Shown here: piece after piece, positions 19,495 to 27,812 of the stretch
How the letters are laid out: the number at the start of each line of letters is the position of its first letter
Position numbering within the stretch: position 1 is the first letter of the stretch
Assembly: GCA_034434615.1 (NCBI GenBank)
Contig: DAOTYT010000072.1
Span: 1 to 45,598, forward strand
DNA: 45,598 nt
Source: Anaerolineae bacterium
GTDB lineage: Bacteria > Chloroflexota > Anaerolineae > Aggregatilineales > Phototrophicaceae
Direction of reading: 5' to 3'
Program-made: the position numbers and the translations under genes
The notes under the pieces: generated by a model
Told to the model about the DNA's origin: nothing
Seen by the model: only the letters and a program-made list of their open reading frames with translations
Database searches by the model: none

Positions 19495-20691
19495 TCAGAT
19501 CGGCTTCATCACGCGATCGGCACGAAGCTGTTTCATCATGGCCACCGTACCGTCATGCAGCAGCTCATGCGCCGCCTCGCGCCATGCCGGGAACTTGATC
19601 TCTTCGAGTTTGAGCGGTTGATACCCCACGCTTTTAAACACCTGCACCGTTTCGGGTGGAACACTCTCTGGCAGAAAGACGAAACTGACCTCGCTTTGCA
19701 GCTCGCGCGAAGCGTCTTCGATGGCGGCGGTGAGCGCGCGCACGATCGGCTCGCTGGGCAGCGTCGGCTCGATCAAAAATTCATCGACGCGGGTGATGAG
19801 GTTCTCCACCTGCCAGCCGCTGAGGCCGATCAAATTTTCTTTGCTATCCAACGCCAGCAGATAGCTCTTCTGTCCAAAGGCGAGCATGATGTCCATGCGT
19901 TCCGTGGGACGGGTGGTGAGGCGGGTGATGAAGCGGGCGATCGCTTCGGCATTGGCCGGCATGCCGCGGCGGATGTTGATCGCGATGCCTGGTGAGGTTA
20001 GCGAGAGCGGGGCGGTGGCTGGCCGTGCGTTGGTCCCAGCCGTCGCCGAGGCGGTGGGAACCACGCTCGACTGGCCTATGCCCGTGCCGACCAGCAGCCG
20101 GCGCACTTCGCCCCATGCCGACTGCACCTGCTTCCACGTGTCTTCGACATTGCCTTCGTTGATGGTGATCACGTCGGCGCGGGCGATCTTATCGGCCTGC
20201 GGCCGCTGCGCAATGATGCGCTTGCGTGCCTCGTCTTCCGACATTTTGCGCTTCTCGGTCAGCCGCTTGAGCTGTGTCTCGGGAGACGCATCGACCACCC
20301 AGACCGAATCGACCAGATCGAGCAGGTTACTCTCCAGCAGCTTGATCGCTTCAATGACGACCACCCGCTGTTTGGCACGGCTGACCAGCGTCACGATCGC
20401 CTGATTGACGATCGGATGGACGATCTGCTCGAGCTTGGTCAGCGCTTCGGGATACGAAAAGACGATGTTGCCGAGGATCGCGCGGTTGATCGTCCCATCT
20501 TCTTGCACGATGAAGCGACCGAACATCTCGATGATCGGCTGGTAGGCGGGCGCGCCGGGCGCCATCGCCTGATGGGTAAGGCCATCAGCATCGATGGTAT
20601 AAGCGCCAAGATGTTGAAGCATCTGGCGGACGACGCTCTTGCCAACTGCGATGTTGCCAGTGAGGCCGATGACGTACTTGCCTTCCCTCAC
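19495..20691 (-). CDS. coaE: Dephospho-CoA kinase with an extra C-terminal (GNAT-like) domain
   Basis: IGLTGNIAVGKS P-loop, IDAD, LEQIVHP and EAIKLLE motifs; about 200 extra C-terminal aa; GTG start with GGAGG RBS. Confidence 0.9.
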   Translation of the reverse strand: MREGKYVIGLTGNIAVGKSVVRQMLQHLGAYTIDADGLTHQAMAPGAPAYQPIIEMFGRFIVQEDGTINRAILGNIVFSYPEALTKLEQIVHPIVNQAIVTLVSRAKQRVVVIEAIKLLESNLLDLVDSVWVVDASPETQLKRLTEKRKMSEDEARKRIIAQRPQADKIARADVITINEGNVEDTWKQVQSAWGEVRRLLVGTGIGQSSVVPTASATAGTNARPATAPLSLTSPGIAINIRRGMPANAEAIARFITRLTTRPTERMDIMLAFGQKSYLLALDSKENLIGLSGWQVENLITRVDEFLIEPTLPSEPIVRALTAAIEDASRELQSEVSFVFLPESVPPETVQVFKSVGYQPLKLEEIKFPAWREAAHELLHDGTVAMMKQLRADRVMKPI

Positions 20692-20853
20692 GGCCTGACC
20701 TCCAGAGCTGAAACCATGTGCAGCGCGGCGCTGCGGCTATCGAGGGCACACGATCATTGTAACGTCATTACTTTGCAAACGGCAATAAAGGCTTGTCAGT
20801 GCCCCCAAATTGTGGGCGATCCTGCGATAGCGAGCGCGCCTTGTCTACCGGTG

Positions 20854-22161
20854 TTAAGCCGTCACCTCGGCAGGTTCTGGCACAGTGGAACCCTCTGGCG
20901 CCCGTTCGATCGCGGGCTGTGCTGGGCGCTGGCGGCGATCATCGGGCAGGGCCAGCGCCAGCAAACCGGTCAGCAGCGTGATCACGCCGACGACTTGAAA
21001 CGTCAGCGTCAGGCCGATCTGGTCAGAGACTGCGCCGATCACGAGTGTCCCCAGCGCGCCCGTGCCGAAGATGAAGCCAAGCGAGGCGCCAGAGGCCAGC
21101 CCTTTGCGCTTCGGCAGCATGCGCTGCGACATGGCCACGATCAGCGTGTGCGAACCGCCGGTGAGCGCCCCGGCCGCCAGTGACAAGAGAAAGACCAGCG
21201 GCCCATTGATGATGGGCAGCAGGAAGATCGGCACTGAAGCGGCGACCATCGTGGTTACGATCACGATGCGCATGCCCGTGCGCTCGGCAATTTGGCTGAA
21301 GAAGACGCCGGCGAAGCCGCCAGCGAACCAGAACATCGAAGTCACCAGCCCATATTCCGTGGCCGACCAGCCTTGGAGTTGAAACATGCGCGGCAAAAAG
21401 GAGACGCTGCCTGGGTTGGCCAAGCTGCGCAGCGTGACGAGGGCCACCAGCACCAACAGCGCCCGCCGCGAGAGTTCAGCCGGGCCAGCATGGCTCAGGC
21501 GCTCAATGCGGCTGGCGATATACTCGCGCGTGCTGGGCATGGTGAAAAACATGCCGATAACTGCGGGAATGGCGATCATTCCGAGGGCCAGCACTGGCGA
21601 AATGCTGCCGCGTTCCCCGAGGATGCCGTAAAAAGCGGGGCCGAGTGCAGCCGTGAAAAAGTCGTTGTTATGCGTGGCCGCGCTGTCGAGCAGCACGCCG
21701 ATCACCGCTGGGCCGAGGCCGCCGCCGAACTGGCCCATCAGGAAGAAGATCGACAGGTTGCTGACCGCGCGCGTCCGTTCCGCCTCTGCCGCGTGCATGG
21801 TGCCGACGGGGTGAAAGGCCCCGCTGCCCAGCGCGGCCAGCACGAACGGGATCAGCATGAACAGGTAGCTGCCGGTCGTCGCGCCCAGCATCGACAGCAT
21901 GAGGAACCCAACCGTCCATGTCACGCCGCCCGCGCCGATCAAGCGGCCGCCGTTCCGGTCTGCCAGCCAGCCGAAAAACGGCTGGCTCACAGCGCCGGCG
22001 AGCTGGTAGGCGCTGATGGCAAAGCCGATCTGGGTATTGGTCATGGCGAGCATGTGGCCGCTCAAAAAGGCGAGCAGCACCGGCCCCATGCCGTTAAACA
22101 TATCGATGATTAAGTGCCCGAAAGATACCGACCAGAAGAGACGGCTGCGTGGTAGTGTCAT
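20854..22161 (-). CDS. MFS transporter, Fsr (fosmidomycin-resistance)-like
   Basis: GHLIID, QPFFGWLADRNG, LGSGAFHP and GQFGGGLGP motifs; about 12 TM segments. Confidence 0.9.
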   Translation of the reverse strand: MTLPRSRLFWSVSFGHLIIDMFNGMGPVLLAFLSGHMLAMTNTQIGFAISAYQLAGAVSQPFFGWLADRNGGRLIGAGGVTWTVGFLMLSMLGATTGSYLFMLIPFVLAALGSGAFHPVGTMHAAEAERTRAVSNLSIFFLMGQFGGGLGPAVIGVLLDSAATHNNDFFTAALGPAFYGILGERGSISPVLALGMIAIPAVIGMFFTMPSTREYIASRIERLSHAGPAELSRRALLVLVALVTLRSLANPGSVSFLPRMFQLQGWSATEYGLVTSMFWFAGGFAGVFFSQIAERTGMRIVIVTTMVAASVPIFLLPIINGPLVFLLSLAAGALTGGSHTLIVAMSQRMLPKRKGLASGASLGFIFGTGALGTLVIGAVSDQIGLTLTFQVVGVITLLTGLLALALPDDRRQRPAQPAIERAPEGSTVPEPAEVTA

Positions 22162-22341
22162 TAAAATTGTCTCGAACGCGAAGGCGCTACGCACGTCATC
22201 ATCCCGCTTTCATCCGCTGCTGTCAATCACCATTTGACCGCATTGGACTTCCCTCCTTGCCGGTATGAAAAGCAGGTGAGTATGGCTAGAATTTTGTGTT
22301 CGTTTGCTATACACTAACACCAGCGATGGGGCCTCTGACAC

Positions 22342-23199
22342 GTGAAGACAGAACTTAAGCGCTGGTTCGCACAGCAGTTAGCGAATGTACAGAGCGTGAA
22401 GCGCTGTGGGCTCGGCCACGAGGTCGATGTAATCGTCGAGACGTGGAGCACAACGCTCGTCCACGTGCACTTGATCGATGCGCCAGTCAAAGCGCGCGCG
22501 CTCAAGAAGCAGCTTCTAGAGGCGACTCGCATCGGCGTGGGCACGCTTTTCGTCGTCAGCAGCCACCTCGTCCCGGGCGATGGCGATAAACTCACGCCTG
22601 ATGAGAGCCTAATGGCCCTGCACGCTCTGTTCAAAGACAAGTTTTACACGTATCGCGTTGACCCTGACGGGCCGAAAGTTGGGCAGGTGCATTTCAAATC
22701 GATCGGCCGCGGCGATGAAGTCGAAGCCTGGTACGGGCCCGATATCACGATCCGCAACCTGCCTTGCTACCGGGTCTGGGTAAAATCGCCCAATGTCATC
22801 AAGGGCGATTGGCTGATGGCCAATTTCGGCTCCGAGGCATTTTGGAAATCGACTGATTACGCGCGCAGTCGCGATGCCTTTCGCCAGCAGCGGCGCAGCG
22901 AGTATGTCGCTCAAACGGGGTGGAGCACGAACGGCTGGGGAGGCGCGGGCAGTTTCAGCTACACCGGCGCGGCCGAGACGCCGCGCCCGCCGCGCCGCCC
23001 ACAAACCAAGCTCGAGCGCTGCTATGCGCAGCTCGGCTTGCCCGCCGATGCGCCGCATGATGAAGTGAAGGCCGCATTTCGCAAGATGGCGCGCGAGCTG
23101 CATCCCGATGTCAGCAAGCTGCCTAAACATGAAGCTGAGCTGCGCTTCAAGCTGATCAATGAGGCATACGCCTACATCCGCGTCTCCAACCGCTGGTAG
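22342..23199 (+). CDS. J-domain protein (C-terminal DnaJ domain) with an uncharacterised N-terminal domain
   Basis: YAQLGL...EVKAAFRKMARELHPD...FKLINEAY. Confidence 0.88.
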   Translation: MKTELKRWFAQQLANVQSVKRCGLGHEVDVIVETWSTTLVHVHLIDAPVKARALKKQLLEATRIGVGTLFVVSSHLVPGDGDKLTPDESLMALHALFKDKFYTYRVDPDGPKVGQVHFKSIGRGDEVEAWYGPDITIRNLPCYRVWVKSPNVIKGDWLMANFGSEAFWKSTDYARSRDAFRQQRRSEYVAQTGWSTNGWGGAGSFSYTGAAETPRPPRRPQTKLERCYAQLGLPADAPHDEVKAAFRKMARELHPDVSKLPKHEAELRFKLINEAYAYIRVSNRW

Positions 23200-23206
23200 C
23201 CCCGTT

Positions 23207-24814
23207 TTACTGTGACTGCACGATGAACGGCAGCGGCGGCCGGGGAACGGCTTCCGCTGGGCTGAAGTCGTAGAAGACCACAAATGGCCCGATCTCGGCA
23301 CGTTCAAAACGCACCCCCGCGCTCACGAACAGCCTTTCCAGTTCCTGCTCTATCTCCGGCACATTCGCAGTGATATAGCCGATGCGCTCGGCGCCGTCGG
23401 CTGCTGCCCGGTAGGGCGGGTAGCGTTCGTAGTATGGCGTATAAGTCAAATCGGGCTTATCGGGCAGTGTCGCGCTGTACTGCACCTGTTCCCCGCTCAA
23501 GAATGCCAGGCGGAAAGCGATCCAATAGTTGGTATAACCATAGGTCAGGTCATGATCGATCAGGAAAGCGATCAGTGCCTCGTCATAGTTATTGGGGATG
23601 TGCGTGATCGGGTTGAATTGGGTGGTGATCCCCGGCGGGTTATTCGAGGCTGCGTAAACCTGCCCGGCCGCGAAATATGCGAGCACCAGCCCGAGCAGCG
23701 CTGTAGCCGCCAGCCGGCCCGCACGCGCATGCAGGGCATCGACCAGCAGGCCGAACGCGATCGACAGCGGGATGATCAGCGGCAGGAAATAACGTCCGGT
23801 CGGGTCGTTGCTGAAGCTTGATGCGAGGAACAGGACGCAGAAGATCGCCAGCATGCTCACCAGCAGCAAGCGCGCATATCCGGGCAGATCGCGCCGCCGC
23901 GCCAGCCCGATCGCAGCGATGATGAAGATCAGCGCGACGGCCACGCCCAGCGGCAGCAGGAAGAACTCTGGCGACCACGGAGAGCGCAGCCCGACCACAG
24001 CAGGCAGGCCGAACAGCAGCAGGCCGATCAGACGATCGGCCATGCCTAACCGAATCGCGCCTGTGCCGGCGAAGCCGCCGCGCTGATCGCCGATGAGAAA
24101 GCGCAGCGGCGCAAGGTCATTTTCAAAGGCGAAAATCCACCACGGCGCGCTGCCGATGAAAAACCCCGCCAGCGCGATGCCGAGGCTGATCAGCGTCGCC
24201 CGCCGGTCGGCTCCGCGCCACAGATCGAGCAGAATGATGAGACCGGCCGGGACGGCAAAGACGATGATCAGGCCGTTCGTCCACCAGCCGAGGCCAGCGG
24301 CCAGCCCGAGCAGCGCCCAACGCCAGCGCGAGGCGCGCTGCTGATGAGTCACGCTGTGGGCCAGCAGCAGGATCATGATGCCGAACAACAGCGTCTCGTT
24401 GTAGCCGCCGAGAGTGGCTGTGGTGTAGAGCGCGACGAGCGTCGGCGGCACGGCCAGCAGCAGGCCAGCGCCGATAGCAGCCAGCGGTCGCTCCGTCAGC
24501 CGCCATGCCAGCCAGTACCCAGCCGCAACGACGGCCAAATACAAGACGGACTGGACAACGCGGATCGTCATGACGGACTCGCCGAGCAGGGCAAAGCCAC
24601 CCGCGATCAACCACGCATCGAGGCTGCCCATATAAGCTTGTCCGTAGAAGAAAACTGGCCGCTCTCCGGTGAGGATGTGGCGCGCCATCAGCCCGACGAC
24701 CGCTTCGTCGGAATGAAACGAGACGGACTCAGTCGCCAGCAGCAGCGCCCGCGCGGTCAAGGCGATCAGCGCGGTCGTCAACAAACCGAACCAGAATGTC
24801 GGGCTGCGGCTCAT
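23207..24814 (-). CDS. GT-C fold glycosyltransferase (ArnT/PMT_2, 'GT39-like')
   Basis: HSDEAVVGLMARHI...FYGQAYMGS first-loop motif; multi-TM. Confidence 0.85.
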   Translation of the reverse strand: MSRSPTFWFGLLTTALIALTARALLLATESVSFHSDEAVVGLMARHILTGERPVFFYGQAYMGSLDAWLIAGGFALLGESVMTIRVVQSVLYLAVVAAGYWLAWRLTERPLAAIGAGLLLAVPPTLVALYTTATLGGYNETLLFGIMILLLAHSVTHQQRASRWRWALLGLAAGLGWWTNGLIIVFAVPAGLIILLDLWRGADRRATLISLGIALAGFFIGSAPWWIFAFENDLAPLRFLIGDQRGGFAGTGAIRLGMADRLIGLLLFGLPAVVGLRSPWSPEFFLLPLGVAVALIFIIAAIGLARRRDLPGYARLLLVSMLAIFCVLFLASSFSNDPTGRYFLPLIIPLSIAFGLLVDALHARAGRLAATALLGLVLAYFAAGQVYAASNNPPGITTQFNPITHIPNNYDEALIAFLIDHDLTYGYTNYWIAFRLAFLSGEQVQYSATLPDKPDLTYTPYYERYPPYRAAADGAERIGYITANVPEIEQELERLFVSAGVRFERAEIGPFVVFYDFSPAEAVPRPPLPFIVQSQ

Positions 24815-25826
24815 CCAGCCATCCCTGTGTCTCGCGCCGCGCTAAATCGGCCATCACGTCGAGCCACGCCGGGTGCGCATTGAGGCAGGGCACCAGTGTG
24901 AGCATCTCGCCGCCCGCCTCCGTGAACTGATGGGTGCCCTCGCGGCCGATCTCGTCGATCGTCTCAAGGCAGTCGGCCGTGAAGCCCGGGCAGACGGCCA
25001 GCAGCGAGCGCACGCCTCCCGCGCCGAGCTCGGCCAGCACATCCTCGGTGTAGGGCTGCAGCCACTCCTCGCGCCCGAACTGCGACTGAAACGCGATCGT
25101 CCACCTGTCATCCGGCAAATTGAGCGCCTGGGCCAGCAGCCCGGCCGTGATCTCGCATTGACGGCGATACGGGTCGCCCTCATCAACGTAGCGCCGCGGA
25201 ATGCCGTGGAAGCTGAACAGGTAACGTTCAGGTGGCTCAGCCATGTCGGCGACAGCTTCTTTTATTGTAGCTTTCAATGCCTCGATATACCCTTGTTCTG
25301 CGTAATAGGGCGGCACGAAGCGCAGCGTCGGGTAAGTGCGCTTGCGCTCATGGAACAACGGGCAGCGCCGGCCGCCGGCTGCCATATTAGCGGCATCATA
25401 AATCGATGCCGTGGTGCTGCATGAAAACTGCGGGAACATGGAGAAAATCAGGATGCGGTCGATACCTTCGCGCTCCAACATCGCCATGGCTTCCGCGATG
25501 CTGGGGCTGCCGTAGCGCATTCCCAAAACGACGCGGTAGCGCTCGCCCAGCCGTGCTTGCAGCCCTTCGACCTGCTGATGCGAATAGAGCAGCAGCGGCG
25601 ATCCGTCTTCCGTCCAAATGTTGCTGTAGAGCGCGGCACTGCGGCGCGGCCGCCGCCTTAAAACGCCCAGCCGCAGCAGCGGCTGCCACAGCAGCGGGTT
25701 GAGATCGATGACGCGCATATCGGAGAGGAATTGAGCCAAATAACGGCGCAGTGCTGATGGAGTCGGCGCATCGGGCGTGCCCAGCGCTGCCACGATCACA
25801 CCGATTTTAGCGGGAGTAAAATCCAT
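24729..25826 (-). CDS. hemH: Ferrochelatase
   Basis: LGTPDAP...RRYLAQFLSD, GSPL, MRYGSPSI, FSFHGIP, FQSQFG...WLQPYT, DCLETIDEI, PCLN. Confidence 0.95.
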   Translation of the reverse strand: MDFTPAKIGVIVAALGTPDAPTPSALRRYLAQFLSDMRVIDLNPLLWQPLLRLGVLRRRPRRSAALYSNIWTEDGSPLLLYSHQQVEGLQARLGERYRVVLGMRYGSPSIAEAMAMLEREGIDRILIFSMFPQFSCSTTASIYDAANMAAGGRRCPLFHERKRTYPTLRFVPPYYAEQGYIEALKATIKEAVADMAEPPERYLFSFHGIPRRYVDEGDPYRRQCEITAGLLAQALNLPDDRWTIAFQSQFGREEWLQPYTEDVLAELGAGGVRSLLAVCPGFTADCLETIDEIGREGTHQFTEAGGEMLTLVPCLNAHPAWLDVMADLARRETQGWLDEPQPDILVRFVDDRADRLDRAGAAAGD

Positions 25827-25876
25827 GTTTCACCACATTGTCACTTAAAGCTAACAAAGGTTGAACTTCGCCGTTT

Positions 25877-25913
25877 ATGATAACACAAATCTCAAAAAAT
25901 CTACACAAATCTA
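25877..25913 (-). promoter_or_regulatory. hemH promoter (TGtTATCAT extended -10) with 10-bp-period direct repeats (candidate operator)
   Basis: AAATCT at 25887, 25897 and 25907 (+ strand), immediately upstream of minus-strand TATCAT at 25882-25877. Confidence 0.6.
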
Positions 25914-25918
25914 CTCAA

Positions 25919-26353
25919 TTAATCTGAGATTGTCATGATCAGCCGCTCAAAATACGGCAGGAATGTTTCCCACGCCTCAGCCGGGGCGCTGCCGGCAGCC
26001 GCTATCGTCAGGCTGGGCAAAACGATGGCGCGCTGGATTGTGCGCAGGTCTTCTGCTGGGCAGGTGGGCGGTTGGGGGGGGATGGCTGTCTCGCCTCGAA
26101 CGACGTGGATCAGGGCGCAGTCGCCCGGCGCGATGAAGGTTACCGCTTGCGGAAATGCCGCCGGCCCGGTGACGATGCGCCAGCCCGCAGGGTAGCGCAG
26201 ACGAAAGCCGTCGCCCGCGAACGTCGTTTCGGTGATGATCGCAGCGGGGCCAGGCGTGTGCGCCAGATGCTCGGGCGTGGCAGCCGGCACACACCCGCCG
26301 GCCAGCGCCAGCCCAAACCCAAACAGGATGCGCCAAACGGCTGAACCGATCAT
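25919..26353 (-). CDS. Hypothetical lipoprotein
   Basis: Lipobox-like LAGGC; FRLRYPAGW segment reminiscent of PsbP-like proteins; ATGA overlap with the upstream gene. Confidence 0.7.
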   Translation of the reverse strand: MIGSAVWRILFGFGLALAGGCVPAATPEHLAHTPGPAAIITETTFAGDGFRLRYPAGWRIVTGPAAFPQAVTFIAPGDCALIHVVRGETAIPPQPPTCPAEDLRTIQRAIVLPSLTIAAAGSAPAEAWETFLPYFERLIMTISD

Positions 26354-26859
26354 GGCGCGCTGTTGGGGGCCTCTGGGTTGGCTGCCATATTGCGCGATGC
26401 AGGATCACCGCACGAGACAAAACCGGCCCAGCGCGTCACGCGCCAGTCGTCGTCGCCGGCTTCTGCCATGCGCGTGTAAATACACACCCCGCTGAAGCCG
26501 GTGCCCTCGGCATAGGTTGCGATCAGATCGACGTTCCAGATCGTGCCCTCTGGCGTGAACTCTGGCGCGGCGCGGCGAAAAACCACGCGCAGGAAATCGC
26601 CCCATTCCGGCGGCGTATAGGCGGTGATGCAGGCAGAGACGCTGCCATCAGGGCATGTGCTGGCGACATAAGCGCGCAGCCGCTCATCGAGCAGGGCGAA
26701 GGCTGCCGCATCATCGCCGCGCCCAGCGGCTTCGACGAAGGCGATCGCCGCTGCAAATGCCGGGGTTTGCTGAGGCGTTAGCATGGCGGTGATGACGACG
26801 ACGATGACCAGGGTGACGATGATGCTGAGGGCGATCCACAAGAGGCGTTTTGATTTCAT
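26350..26859 (-). CDS. Hypothetical membrane-anchored protein (possibly NTF2-like)
   Basis: MKSKRLLW plus a TM helix; AIAFVEAAGRGDDAAAFALL helix pattern; four Cys; TATAAT upstream. Confidence 0.75.
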   Translation of the reverse strand: MKSKRLLWIALSIIVTLVIVVVITAMLTPQQTPAFAAAIAFVEAAGRGDDAAAFALLDERLRAYVASTCPDGSVSACITAYTPPEWGDFLRVVFRRAAPEFTPEGTIWNVDLIATYAEGTGFSGVCIYTRMAEAGDDDWRVTRWAGFVSCGDPASRNMAANPEAPNSAP

Positions 26860-26926
26860 GGAACACACAGTACAGCGCCGATAATGCGTCGATTATACCG
26901 CGTAGAAGCCGCGATGTGGACAGCGC

Positions 26927-27763
26927 TTAGCGCTGCGCCGCATCGCGCAGATCGCGCAGCGCATCGCGCAGCCGGGCAGTCTCGAGCAGCGGGTTGATTT
27001 TGACCGCGCCATGACGGCCGGGCATGTTCAGCGTCTCGATGCAAATGATGCCCGTGTAGTTGGCCGCGATGAGGTCATGAATGAAACGGCGCAGGTCAAT
27101 GCGACCGCGCTCGAAGGTCGATTGAAGCTGGCGGCGCGCCGTCTGCCGAATGTGGAGGTGACGCGCACGGGGCAGCAGGGCGGCGATCTGCTCATGAGCG
27201 AAGTTCTGATAGGTCAGGTCGGCCCAGTCGAGCGTCAGCTCTAATCCAGGAACGGCGGCGAGCAGGGCGAGGGCCTGCTCCGGCGTTGGCGCGATCGAGT
27301 CGAGGTGCGGCTCGATGCTCAACCGCAGGCCGGCCGCTTGCGCTTCAGCGAGCATGCCGCGCAGCGACTCGGCAGCGCGATGCAGCGCCGCCGTTTCGGC
27401 CGCCTCAGCAACCGCGGCCGGCGCGGCCAACCCGGGCGAGACGGTAATGCCGGGAGCGCGGATCGCCTGTGCGAGCGGCAGCAGCGCGCTGAACAGTTCG
27501 CGCTCTTTGGCCCGTCGCTCTTCATCCTCGCTGCAAATGCGCGGCAGCAGCAGATACAGATCGCTGACGGCCAAGTCGTAAAGTGCGAGGTCGGCATTGA
27601 TCTCATCGGCGGCGCGTTCGGGGTTGGCCGCTGCCTTGAGCGCGTTCAGGTTAGGGCCAGACCCGATATCGACCCAGCGAAAGCCCAGCCGCGCGATCGT
27701 GCCGAACGCCTCGAGCAGCGTCAAATCGTGGAACGACCATGTGTGAGCGGAAAAGGCGCGCAT
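26927..27763 (-). CDS. Sugar phosphate isomerase/epimerase (xylose-isomerase-like TIM barrel, AP_endonuc_2)
   Basis: IARLGFRWVDI, LSIEPH, LTLDWAD, HLHIR and YTGIICIE motifs. Alternative GTG start at 27796. Confidence 0.85.
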   Translation of the reverse strand: MRAFSAHTWSFHDLTLLEAFGTIARLGFRWVDIGSGPNLNALKAAANPERAADEINADLALYDLAVSDLYLLLPRICSEDEERRAKERELFSALLPLAQAIRAPGITVSPGLAAPAAVAEAAETAALHRAAESLRGMLAEAQAAGLRLSIEPHLDSIAPTPEQALALLAAVPGLELTLDWADLTYQNFAHEQIAALLPRARHLHIRQTARRQLQSTFERGRIDLRRFIHDLIAANYTGIICIETLNMPGRHGAVKINPLLETARLRDALRDLRDAAQR

Positions 27764-27766
27764 CAC

Positions 27767-27801
27767 AAAAAACCGGGTGAGGTCCCATCGCCTCACCCGG
27801 T
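27767..27801 (-). terminator. Intrinsic terminator after the Ig-domain secreted protein gene
   Basis: Minus strand ACCGGGTGAGG-cgatggga-CCTCACCCGGT followed by TTTTT. Confidence 0.8.
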
Positions 27802-27812
27802 CTTCTTCACGG

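Noticed and set aside
26074..26081. G8 tract as a phase-variation site
   Set aside because: In frame (encodes Ile-Pro-Pro-Gln on the minus strand), short, and the ORF is intact.
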